Of a stretch of DNA of 64,000 nt, positions 1-8,885 are shown piece after piece. How positions within the stretch are numbered: the stretch's first letter is position 1; every line of letters begins with the position of its first letter. The position numbers and the translations under genes were made by a program. The notes under the pieces are model-generated. The model was given only the letters and a program-made list of their open reading frames with translations. It had not been told where the DNA came from and did no database searches. The DNA is from an uncultured bacterium (lineage in GTDB: Bacteria > Patescibacteriota > Minisyncoccia > Phycocordibacterales > GWA1-40-21), in contig CAIKXY010000007.1 of NCBI GenBank assembly GCA_903831595.1, forward strand, positions 3,944-67,943. Direction: 5' to 3'.

Positions 1-221
1 ATAGCGGATTAGAAAATACAAACTCAATAAAAAATCCTGACAATCTTAAGGTTATTTTAGTTTTTTTTAAGATAGTAGCGAGATTATATATTTATATTAT
101 TCCTATATTTTTAATCATTGCTCTCATATCTAGCAATGTTGATGTCAGTGGACTACAGTTTTATTTTACGGTATCTCCAATAGTTATACCAGGAGGAGGA
201 TTAGCCGATGCTTTTTTTTGT

Positions 222-413
222 TTGTTGTATGTCCTGATCTCAATTTTTTGTGGAATTTTATGTTTAATTAGTGTAAAAAAAATAGAAAATGGGAATAGAA
301 ATAGTTTAGGTGTATTGAAAGGCCTTATTACATTAACAACAATCGTAACTATAATTACTTGGCTATATGTTATTTTCCCAGTATTTTATATTGTGTCTCA
401 TGATTCTTTTTAA
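222..413 (+). CDS. small hydrophobic membrane protein (hypothetical); TTG start in ORF track, start uncertain
   Basis: 63-aa ORF, two predicted TM helices. Upstream AGGAGGA (194-200) plus ATG at 208 is out of frame by one nt across a T8 run (212-219). Confidence 0.3.
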   Translation: MLYVLISIFCGILCLISVKKIENGNRNSLGVLKGLITLTTIVTIITWLYVIFPVFYIVSHDSF

Positions 414-416
414 TAA

Positions 417-1241
417 ATGAAAAATCTTAATCAAAAAACAATAATTCGATTAATATATTCTTGTTTCTTTGCAAGTCTTATTATCGCAATATTTTTTATA
501 ATTTATAAACATAATTTTATATTATTAGTGGAAGGCGTGAAAATTAACCCATTATTTTTTTTAGGTATTGTGGTAACAAATAGTTTATGGTCAATTTTAT
601 ACATTGTTTTTTTAATGGAACTATATAACTGTTTTAATGAAAAAATAAAACCAACCCTAAAAATATTAAAATCCTTAATCATTGGATTGGTAATACTTAT
701 TATAGTTGTTGTTCCAACTGTAATGATTTTATATAAAAACACAGATCATTGCGGAAATATGTCTGGTGGTATGAAGATCAGGTGTTTGGTAAATATAGCC
801 ATTATTAGAAATAACCCAAGTGAATGTGAATTTGCAAATACGAATAGTGAACCGTTTGATAGTGCATACTGTTATTCCCAAATAGCAGGTACTGCCAGCC
901 AAACATTTGATGACTGTAAGTGGCCAAGCGATTTACTTGACAAGATTAGTTGTATTGAGGATATCGCAATTTCCAATGCTAGGATAAAAAAAGAACCATC
1001 TATTTGTGAAAGCATAAACAACAAATTAAACAATTTTGCTGGTGAGTCAATTGTTCCAACTGACGGAAGGTATGAACAAGTCGTTATTAATCAGTCATTC
1101 ATCAATGACAAAGTAGACGAATGTTATAATAGTATTACGCGAGTACTTAACAATAAATCTATTTGTAATAATATTAAAGACAAAAATTCTATTGCAAAAG
1201 AGAGTTGTATAGATTATATAAACAAATATACACAAATATAA
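417..1241 (+). CDS. membrane protein with N-terminal TM helices and Cys-rich extracytoplasmic C-terminal domain (hypothetical)
   Basis: 274-aa ORF. Hydrophobic N-terminal ~110 aa, then a hydrophilic domain with many regularly spaced Cys (PSECEF..C, PSICES.., DECYNS..C..C). Confidence 0.55.
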   Translation: MKNLNQKTIIRLIYSCFFASLIIAIFFIIYKHNFILLVEGVKINPLFFLGIVVTNSLWSILYIVFLMELYNCFNEKIKPTLKILKSLIIGLVILIIVVVPTVMILYKNTDHCGNMSGGMKIRCLVNIAIIRNNPSECEFANTNSEPFDSAYCYSQIAGTASQTFDDCKWPSDLLDKISCIEDIAISNARIKKEPSICESINNKLNNFAGESIVPTDGRYEQVVINQSFINDKVDECYNSITRVLNNKSICNNIKDKNSIAKESCIDYINKYTQI

Positions 1242-1396
1242 AAAATTGCCAAAGTAGAAAACAATGCTATAAACGATTCAAAACCCTAGAAAGAAAAAAT
1301 AATAAATTCAGTGAAATATTTCTTATGTCCATACCAGATTGCACTTACTGAAGCATTCTCAGTTGTTTTGAAAAATGGCCTAAATCTTTTGGGAAT

Positions 1397-3307
1397 TCAA
1401 GCACCAGAAAAAATGTAGAGTTTATTTTTTTGTTCCACAGCTCGTTTATCTGAAGTGACTTTTCCCCTTAATTCTTTTACTATTTCTTCATGTGATTTTC
1501 TATTTGGCCATACTTGGTCACCATTTAACTCATATATTGGGATACCTAATCTTTTTGCTATTAATTCTTGGAATTCTCCAACAGTTGTTTTTTCTGGGTC
1601 AACCTTAAATTTATCTTTTATGTAATTCATCACCGCATTTTTAAAATCATTAATATAATTCTCTTCGGTAATTTTTTGGAAAGGGAATAGTTTTTCTAAA
1701 TTTGGTAACAACTTTTTAAAAATTGATTTTTTAATTTCAGCGATTGATGATTTCTCCACATCAATATCAGGATAATTTAAAAATCTATTGGATTTTATGT
1801 CAAAATTAGACGAATGCTCTACATCGAGATTCTTTCCAAAAAAAGAAGAAGAAAGACTAATTTTCATATCTCTTAAAATAACCCCAGGGATTTTTTCAAT
1901 ATCGTTTTTAGTAATGTTAAGTGGAAGCTGTTTTTCATCAACGTTTAGAATATAACTAACATTAGTTTTGACAAGTTTGAGATCAATACCCTTATGTTCT
2001 CGATATTCAATTTTCTTATTTTTTAAATATTCAATAACGTTTTTGCTATCCTCACTGTCTTTGATCTTAATGACCAATTTCCTACGCACCTCATCTTTAT
2101 GGGTTATTTTATATTCATCTGAATCGGGCTTGTCTAAACCATTTAACATTTTTTCGCCCATATCTTTGCCATATTCAAGCATAGTTTCTTCGATATAATT
2201 ATTTTTTGCTTGTTCTTCAGATAAGTATTCCACTGACGACACCTCAGGCAGTGCTTCTATTCTTCTTTTTATTAATAAAATATCAGAAGCTGAGACATTT
2301 GTTTCAAAATTTGCGTCAATGTCATTATATTTTTTTATTTTATCTAGGTCACTCAATATATTTGAACTTATATCCGACACTAAGCCATATTCATGGAAAA
2401 CATTACTTTCTAAAGATTCTGCCAAAGGTGCTTTGTTCTCACTCTTAATTAACCCTTTTATATTCATAGAGGAAATCGGTTTAATACCCCATACTTCAAA
2501 CATATAATCTCCACTTTGTGCGGGGTCAACAACAAAATTTTCACTATTTTCTGGACTAATTAAGAAATGGCCTTTACGGTTATCTTCATGCTTGCCCGCA
2601 CCCTCGGAGCCCATCCCATACTCACCGATAGAATGTAGTGTTTCTTCGTTACCTGTTAACCACGTTTTTTGATATGTGAGCCAGATGTTTTTATAATCTT
2701 GATTCTCCAGTATTTCTTTTATTAAATTTTTCTTTTGATTTTCTTTAACAGATTTTTCTATCACATTAGAATCAAAAGAAATTATTGATCTCCGGCTAAC
2801 TCCTGTTTTTCCCCACGCATCATTACCCAATAGTGTTGTCATATCGATCACAGCCTTAATTGAATCCTTATTTAATTTTGGGTTAATTTTTATTAATGAG
2901 TCGATTTTTTCTTTCTCTTTTTTCTCAACCCCCTCATTATACTCGGGTGTATGACGTTGAAACCTTTTGTTTATATACGGAACAGGCATTGAAAGACAAA
3001 TAGCGTCACTACCATAATATCCTATGAGACCCGCCGGTGGCATATTTAATAGTTCAGAATTAGTATTTCCTGGTGAAATAATTTTAGCCCTTCTTTCCAT
3101 TTCAAGCCATGGTAAAAGACCCTCATCTTTCCTAAAAAGAAGTGGTGTTTCAAAAATATCAATTGTCTCTCTGACTTCAACTTTCTTTTCAGACTCAATT
3201 GTGCGCCCGTATACTTTTTTGTATCTTTCCAGTCTTTTTTTCTCTTCAGCCTCAAGAGCATCTTGACTTAAACCGTTATTTCCATAGTTAAATTGATCAA
3301 AATTCAT
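1397..3307 (-). CDS. hypothetical protein, 636 aa, K/E-rich, no TM
   Basis: Long uninterrupted ORF with host-like AT-rich codon usage, divergent from ileS. No family recognised. Confidence 0.6.
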   Translation of the reverse strand: MNFDQFNYGNNGLSQDALEAEEKKRLERYKKVYGRTIESEKKVEVRETIDIFETPLLFRKDEGLLPWLEMERRAKIISPGNTNSELLNMPPAGLIGYYGSDAICLSMPVPYINKRFQRHTPEYNEGVEKKEKEKIDSLIKINPKLNKDSIKAVIDMTTLLGNDAWGKTGVSRRSIISFDSNVIEKSVKENQKKNLIKEILENQDYKNIWLTYQKTWLTGNEETLHSIGEYGMGSEGAGKHEDNRKGHFLISPENSENFVVDPAQSGDYMFEVWGIKPISSMNIKGLIKSENKAPLAESLESNVFHEYGLVSDISSNILSDLDKIKKYNDIDANFETNVSASDILLIKRRIEALPEVSSVEYLSEEQAKNNYIEETMLEYGKDMGEKMLNGLDKPDSDEYKITHKDEVRRKLVIKIKDSEDSKNVIEYLKNKKIEYREHKGIDLKLVKTNVSYILNVDEKQLPLNITKNDIEKIPGVILRDMKISLSSSFFGKNLDVEHSSNFDIKSNRFLNYPDIDVEKSSIAEIKKSIFKKLLPNLEKLFPFQKITEENYINDFKNAVMNYIKDKFKVDPEKTTVGEFQELIAKRLGIPIYELNGDQVWPNRKSHEEIVKELRGKVTSDKRAVEQKNKLYIFSGA

Positions 3308-3383
3308 AAAAAAATTATAGCATGAAAGATAAAAATGTGCTTTTTATTTTAATAAAAAACTGTTAAGATAAAACCACAAAGAT

Positions 3384-6300
3384 ATGAGTAATTCTAAACA
3401 AGAAAAAGTTAAAAACCCCATAATAAAAAGCAAATTTGCCGAAAGGGAAGAAGAAATTTTGAAATTTTGGCAAGAAAAAGATATTTTTAAAAAATCTTTA
3501 GAAAAAGACGCGCCAAAAGGTGAGTACGTTTTTTATGATGGCCCACCATTTGCTTCAGGTCTCCCACACTACGGGCATATTATTCCTGGAACGATGAAGG
3601 ATTACATGGGCAGATATCAGACAATGAAAGGGAAACATGTTGCGCGCAGATGGGGTTGGGACACACACGGTCTTCCAATTGAAAATATTGTCGAGAAAGA
3701 AATCGGATTAAAATCAAAAAAAGATATTGAAGATTATGGTATAGAAAAATTTAACGACCTAGCAAGGACGAAGATTTTTACTTATGCAGATGATTGGAAA
3801 AAAATAATTCCAAGAACGGGTCGCTTTGTTGATATGGAAAATGATTACAGAACGATGAACCCAACATACACCGAAACTGTTTGGTGGATTTTTAAAGAAT
3901 TACACAAAAAAGGACTTGTTTATGAAGGTTTCAAATCTATGCACCTATGTCCACATTGCGGTACAACCCTTTCAAATTTTGAGGTTGCTCAAGGATACAA
4001 GGACATTACAGACATCTCTGTAACGGCCAAATTTGAGCTTTTGGACGAGCCAAAAACCTTCTTTTTAGCTTGGACGACCACCCCATGGACGCTTCCAGGT
4101 AACGTGGCTTTGGCAGTAAATCCAGACATCGATTATGTAAAAATTTTGATCGGAGAAGAGAAATTTATTTTAGCGGAATCACGACTTTCTGTGATAAAAG
4201 AACATTATAAAATTATCGAAAAAACTGAGGGAAAAGCTTTAGTTGGGATCTCTTATAAACCTCTTTTTAATTTTTATGACAATAAAGATTTAAAAAATAG
4301 AGAGAATGGTTTCAAAGTTTATGATGCAAGTTTTGTTACTACAGAAGATGGGACAGGAATTGTTCATATCGCACCAGCATTTGGAGAAGATGATATGAAT
4401 CTTGGAAAAGATAAAAAATTACCATTTATTCAACATGTTGGGACAGACGGAATATTTAAAAAAGAAGTCAAAGGTTTTGCTGGAGAAAAAGTTAAACCAA
4501 TAGAAGATCCACAACGCGCAGATATCCAAATAATTAAACATTTGGCGAAAGAAGGAACACTTTATGCAAAAGAAAAATTTATTCACCCATATCCACATTG
4601 TTATAGATGTAATACTCCACTTTTGAATTACGCCACAAGCTCATGGTTTGTTGAAGTTACAAAAATTAAAGATAAACTTGTTGAGGCAAATAAAAAAATA
4701 GACTGGGTTCCATATGAAGTTGGTGATGGAAGATTTGGAAAATGGCTTGAAGGTGCTCATGACTGGGCGATTTCTAGAAGTAGATTTTGGGGAGCACCAC
4801 TTCCTGTTTGGAAATGCAATATGTGTCCGGAAAAAGAATTTATCGGCTCAATCGATGATATAAAAAAGAGAACAAGCAGAGAAAATAATTTTTTTGTTGT
4901 TAGACACGGTGAGGCAGATAGTAATGTTTTAGGAATTCTTAGTTCAAATCCAAAAACAAAACACCACTTGACCAAAAATGGCAGAGAGCAGGCTGAAGTT
5001 GCTGGAGAAAATCTTTTGAAAAACAAAATAGATGTTATTTATTGTTCACCATTTTTAAGAACAAAAGAAACCGCAGAAATTATTGCCGAAAAAATTGGTT
5101 ATCCAAAAGATAAAATAATTTATGATAAAAGATTGCATGAAATATTTGTTGGCGTCCTTGATGGCAAGCCAGATGCAGAATACCAAGCATTTTTTGAATC
5201 TCGAGAAGCAAAATTTACAAAAACTCCAGATGGCGGAGAGAATTATACGTCTGTCAAAAACAGAATGACCGAATTTTTGTATGAAGCAAACGAAAAAAAT
5301 GAAGGAAAAAATATTTTGATTATTTCGCACAATACACCAATCTGGCTTATGTATGCTGGAGCAAGTGGTTTGACTCCAAAGCAAGCGATGACAATAAGAG
5401 AAGCCGGGAAGCCATTCATAAAAAACTCTGAAATAAAAAAACTTGATTTTGCACCAATTCCACACAACAGAAATTATGAGCTCGATATGCATAGGCCTTT
5501 TATTGATGAAATAATTTTGAAATGTGCTTGTGGTGGAGAAATGAAAAGAATTCCAGAAGTTTTTGATTGCTGGTTTGAGTCTGGCTCAATGCCTTATGCC
5601 GAATCGCATTATCCTTTTGAAAATTTAGATAAATTTAATCCACAAAAAAAGATTGGTTTTCCAGCAGATTTTATTGCGGAAGGTGTCGACCAAACAAGGG
5701 GATGGTTTTATTCAATGCTTGTACTTTCTGTAGCACTTTTTGGTGAAGCCTCATATAAAAGTGTTGTTGTAAATGGGATGATGCTTGCAGAAGATGGCAA
5801 AAAAATGTCAAAAAGTTTGAAAAATTACCCAGAGATTATGGATGTTATATCGACTTATAGTGCTGATGCATTCAGGTATTCACTTTTATCGTCTCCTGTA
5901 ATAAAAGCAGAGGACTTAAACTTTTCAAATAAAAGTGTTGATGAGGCACTAAAGAAAATTATTATGAGATTGCAAAATGTCTATTCATTTTTTGAAATGT
6001 ATGGCGGTTTTGATTTGAAAGAAAAACAGAAATGGGATTCAAAAAATATTTTGGACAAGTGGATTCTTACAAGACTAAAAGAAACAGCAACTCAGATGAC
6101 GAAAGCCACAGACAAGCATGAGTTTGATAGGGCAACAAGGCCAATCGCAGATTTTGTTGATGACCTTTCAACTTGGTTTTTGAGAAGATCACGAGACAGA
6201 TTTAAATCCGAAGATGCGGAAGACAGAAATTCTGCAATGTACACGACAAAAACTGTTATTTTGGAATTTTCAAAACTTTTAGCGCCATCAATGCCTTTTC

Positions 6301-6893
6301 TTGCTGAAGATTTGTATTTAAAAATCACTGGAGGAATGGACAAGGAAAGTGTTCACTTGGAAAACTGGCCAGATAATATTGTTGGGGAGATTTCAAGTGT
6401 GGAAAATGATATTTTAGAAAAAATGAAAGAAACAAGAATGGCTGTTTCAATTGGACTTGAAGCTCGTGCAAAAGTTGGACTAAAAGTAAGACAGCCACTT
6501 GCAAGTTTGAAAGTAAAAAGTGAAAAATTAAAAGGAAATATTGAATATCTTGGTTTGATTAAAGAAGAAGTAAATATAAAAGGAATAATTTTTGATAAAA
6601 ATATTGATGCAGATGTTGAGCTTGATTCAAATATTACAACCGAACTTAAAGAAGAGGGAATTATGCGTGACATTGTCCGTGCAATTCAAGAAATGAGAAA
6701 AGTCCAAAAATTAAACCCAGGAGATTTGGCTGACCTTGTTGTTGATACAGATAAAGCAGGGCAAACTATTTTTGAAAAATTTGATAAAGAAATTTCAAAA
6801 GCCACTGGTCTAAAAGGGATTACTTTCGAGACGATGGAAGAAGGAGAAACAGTTGAATTTGATGGATTTAATGCTAGGATGTTAATTGAATAA
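3384..6893 (+). CDS. ileS: isoleucyl-tRNA synthetase (type 2/eukaryote-like) with inserted histidine-phosphatase-like domain
   Basis: PPFASGLPHYGH (HIGH-type motif), WGWDTHGLPIE, CP1 editing region, CWFESGSMPYA, KMSKS (GKKMSKSLKNYPE) and a C-terminal anticodon-binding region. Carries an extra ~190 aa between the editing and KMSKS halves. Confidence 0.85.
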   Translation: MSNSKQEKVKNPIIKSKFAEREEEILKFWQEKDIFKKSLEKDAPKGEYVFYDGPPFASGLPHYGHIIPGTMKDYMGRYQTMKGKHVARRWGWDTHGLPIENIVEKEIGLKSKKDIEDYGIEKFNDLARTKIFTYADDWKKIIPRTGRFVDMENDYRTMNPTYTETVWWIFKELHKKGLVYEGFKSMHLCPHCGTTLSNFEVAQGYKDITDISVTAKFELLDEPKTFFLAWTTTPWTLPGNVALAVNPDIDYVKILIGEEKFILAESRLSVIKEHYKIIEKTEGKALVGISYKPLFNFYDNKDLKNRENGFKVYDASFVTTEDGTGIVHIAPAFGEDDMNLGKDKKLPFIQHVGTDGIFKKEVKGFAGEKVKPIEDPQRADIQIIKHLAKEGTLYAKEKFIHPYPHCYRCNTPLLNYATSSWFVEVTKIKDKLVEANKKIDWVPYEVGDGRFGKWLEGAHDWAISRSRFWGAPLPVWKCNMCPEKEFIGSIDDIKKRTSRENNFFVVRHGEADSNVLGILSSNPKTKHHLTKNGREQAEVAGENLLKNKIDVIYCSPFLRTKETAEIIAEKIGYPKDKIIYDKRLHEIFVGVLDGKPDAEYQAFFESREAKFTKTPDGGENYTSVKNRMTEFLYEANEKNEGKNILIISHNTPIWLMYAGASGLTPKQAMTIREAGKPFIKNSEIKKLDFAPIPHNRNYELDMHRPFIDEIILKCACGGEMKRIPEVFDCWFESGSMPYAESHYPFENLDKFNPQKKIGFPADFIAEGVDQTRGWFYSMLVLSVALFGEASYKSVVVNGMMLAEDGKKMSKSLKNYPEIMDVISTYSADAFRYSLLSSPVIKAEDLNFSNKSVDEALKKIIMRLQNVYSFFEMYGGFDLKEKQKWDSKNILDKWILTRLKETATQMTKATDKHEFDRATRPIADFVDDLSTWFLRRSRDRFKSEDAEDRNSAMYTTKTVILEFSKLLAPSMPFLAEDLYLKITGGMDKESVHLENWPDNIVGEISSVENDILEKMKETRMAVSIGLEARAKVGLKVRQPLASLKVKSEKLKGNIEYLGLIKEEVNIKGIIFDKNIDADVELDSNITTELKEEGIMRDIVRAIQEMRKVQKLNPGDLADLVVDTDKAGQTIFEKFDKEISKATGLKGITFETMEEGETVEFDGFNARMLIE
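4890..5480 (+). other. in-frame histidine phosphatase (phosphoglycerate-mutase superfamily) domain embedded in IleRS
   Basis: FFVVRHGEADSN (RHG catalytic motif at nt 4902-4910) and a downstream LIISHNTPI (second catalytic His). The span is ~190 aa, typical of small PGAM/SixA/CobC-like phosphatases. Canonical IleRS sequence lies on both sides. Confidence 0.6.
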
Positions 6894-6903
6894 TATAGAA
6901 TTT

Positions 6904-8184
6904 ATGAAAAAACAAGATATCATTAAAAGTATAATAATTCTAGTTATTGTCGGTCTATCAATATTTTATTTTTATAACAAAAAAACTGATATTTCCTTAA
7001 CAGATGGCTGGAAAAAACAATTTAATGAGGTAAATAATTTTACGCCAACGATTTCATCATCTACTGTTGAGAAAGTAGATTATTTTACGCTATCAACATC
7101 TTCTGACATTGGATACGCCATATATAAAAAAGGTTTTGATATAGTCGATTTATTAATACAAAATGATGATGGTTCTACTACAACAAAACGTTTTTTAACA
7201 CCATATTTTTTTATAGAAAATTTTAATGATGTCATTAAGTCCATGTCAGAAAATACATCTGCTTGTCCTGAGACTTATACTTTAGTTACAGCATCGAGCA
7301 ATGATTATTTTTCTTCTAAATTTTATATAACAAAAAATTGTATCTATGCTTCTCAAACTAGTAATAAAATAACAAAATTAAAACTTATTGCTAAAGATAA
7401 TTTTAATTCCTTTAATTTTTTGCCTGTTGGTTTTACGTTGGGTTATTATTTATATCAAAACAACGCATATTATATTGGTGTGGATAGTATAGACTTACTC
7501 ACAAATTTTAAAGAGGCTTCCGGTTTATGTGATGTAATTGAGTACGGTCCAATTTTTATTTATTATCCATCACAGGACGGTTTTTTAATTGATCGTGGAC
7601 AAAAGACTGAAGTTTCAGATTCAATTTGTGAAGGTGTTCCAACTGGTCTATATAAAGGTAACACAAAAGTATATTATTTATATAATTTAGTTGGTGGAAT
7701 GATAATTGATGAACTTAATGGGTTAAATTCAAGTACAACAGTAAAAATTGGAGAAAAGCTATTTACTGATGGAAATAAGACTGTGAGAATAGATTCTGGG
7801 AATGGAATGGATGGTACTTTTTGGGATAACGTTATCGATGTGAATATATCAGATATTTCAACATACAAAGAACTTGGGCCAGAATATGCGGTTGACTCTG
7901 TAAATGTATATTACAAGGGAAAGGCGATTGTTGGTGCCGATAGTAAAACTTTTAAAGTTTTATATGATGAAAAAGGAGGATTTGAGGGGAGTGCAGTTTC
8001 TATAGGTAGGGATAATTATTCATTATGGTATGAAAATTATAAAATTATGGAAATTAATCCTGCAACAGAGATAACTTTTAAAGGTAACGGCGGTGATTGG
8101 ACCGACAGAAGCATACATTTCAGCGATGGACAATATAATTATATATATAATGGTCCTGGTGATTTAGTTAAAGAAAAAATTTAA
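6904..8184 (+). CDS. membrane-anchored extracytoplasmic protein (hypothetical); ORF track start 6886 (TTG), ATG 6904 more likely
   Basis: N-terminal TM (IIKSIIILVIVGLSIFYFY), rest hydrophilic. Overlaps the ileS stop. Confidence 0.55.
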   Translation: MKKQDIIKSIIILVIVGLSIFYFYNKKTDISLTDGWKKQFNEVNNFTPTISSSTVEKVDYFTLSTSSDIGYAIYKKGFDIVDLLIQNDDGSTTTKRFLTPYFFIENFNDVIKSMSENTSACPETYTLVTASSNDYFSSKFYITKNCIYASQTSNKITKLKLIAKDNFNSFNFLPVGFTLGYYLYQNNAYYIGVDSIDLLTNFKEASGLCDVIEYGPIFIYYPSQDGFLIDRGQKTEVSDSICEGVPTGLYKGNTKVYYLYNLVGGMIIDELNGLNSSTTVKIGEKLFTDGNKTVRIDSGNGMDGTFWDNVIDVNISDISTYKELGPEYAVDSVNVYYKGKAIVGADSKTFKVLYDEKGGFEGSAVSIGRDNYSLWYENYKIMEINPATEITFKGNGGDWTDRSIHFSDGQYNYIYNGPGDLVKEKI

Positions 8185-8190
8185 TTAGAA

Positions 8191-8226
8191 AATGGGCGGT
8201 CACGGAGTGGCCGCCCATTTTCTTTT
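8191..8226 (+). terminator. rho-independent terminator
   Basis: AATGGGCGG-N11-CCGCCCATTTTCTTTT. GC-rich stem followed by a T-tract. Confidence 0.7.
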
Positions 8227-8259
8227 GACTTTATAGACTTTCGACTTTAGACTATAGTT

Positions 8260-8844
8260 ATGCACCACATTTACACCACTAAAGCCATAATCATTCGAAG
8301 TATTCCTATTGGAGAGGCAAATAAATACTATTTTTTACTAACAGAAAATTTGGGATTTATTAGAGCCACCGCCCAAGGTGTCCGATTAGATAAATCAAAA
8401 TTAAAAGGGCATTTGCAGGATTTCTGTTTTGTAGAAATTTCTCTGGTAAAAGGAAAAGATATTTGGCGAATCACAAGTGTTCAAACTATTGAAGCTGGTT
8501 ATTTCATAAAAAATACAAATAAACTCATTGCGATTAAAAATGTTTTTAACTTACTCACACGTTTACTTCACGGTGAAGAGAAAAATGAGGCACTTTTTGC
8601 AAGTATTGAATCTTTTTATAATTTTTTACTAAAAAATGATTTGAATTTAGAAAATATAAAAAATCTAGAAACAATTACTGTGCTTCGTATTTTGTATCAT
8701 CTTGGCTATTTCAAAAAAACATTTGAATTATCAAATTTCGTAAAAAATCATGATGCGTCTTTAGGCCTTTTAGATATATTTAAGAAAAATAGACAAATTG
8801 CAATTCTGGATATTAATGATGCCTTGAACGAAACGCATTTATAG
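8260..8844 (+). CDS. recO: DNA repair protein RecO-like (short form)
   Basis: The N-terminal OB-fold pattern (AIIIRSIPIGEANKYYFLLTENLGFIRATAQGVRLDKSKL) resembles RecO. 194 aa is shorter than canonical RecO. Confidence 0.45.
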   Translation: MHHIYTTKAIIIRSIPIGEANKYYFLLTENLGFIRATAQGVRLDKSKLKGHLQDFCFVEISLVKGKDIWRITSVQTIEAGYFIKNTNKLIAIKNVFNLLTRLLHGEEKNEALFASIESFYNFLLKNDLNLENIKNLETITVLRILYHLGYFKKTFELSNFVKNHDASLGLLDIFKKNRQIAILDINDALNETHL

Positions 8845-8885
8845 TGCTATTTTTGCTACAAAAACATTGTGGTATAATATCTTGC

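Noticed and set aside
503-742. Antisense 79-aa ORF inside the 417-1241 membrane protein gene
   Set aside because: Shadow ORF in an AT-rich coding region, with no RBS. It lies opposite a well-supported gene.
1968-2507. Three plus-strand ORFs (62-80 aa) inside the 636-aa minus-strand gene
   Set aside because: Low-complexity shadow frames. The long minus-strand ORF is the coherent gene.
4757-6673. Several minus-strand ORFs (74-145 aa) within ileS
   Set aside because: Antisense frames of a conserved aaRS gene. They are hydrophobic and low-complexity, as is typical of AT-rich antisense translation.
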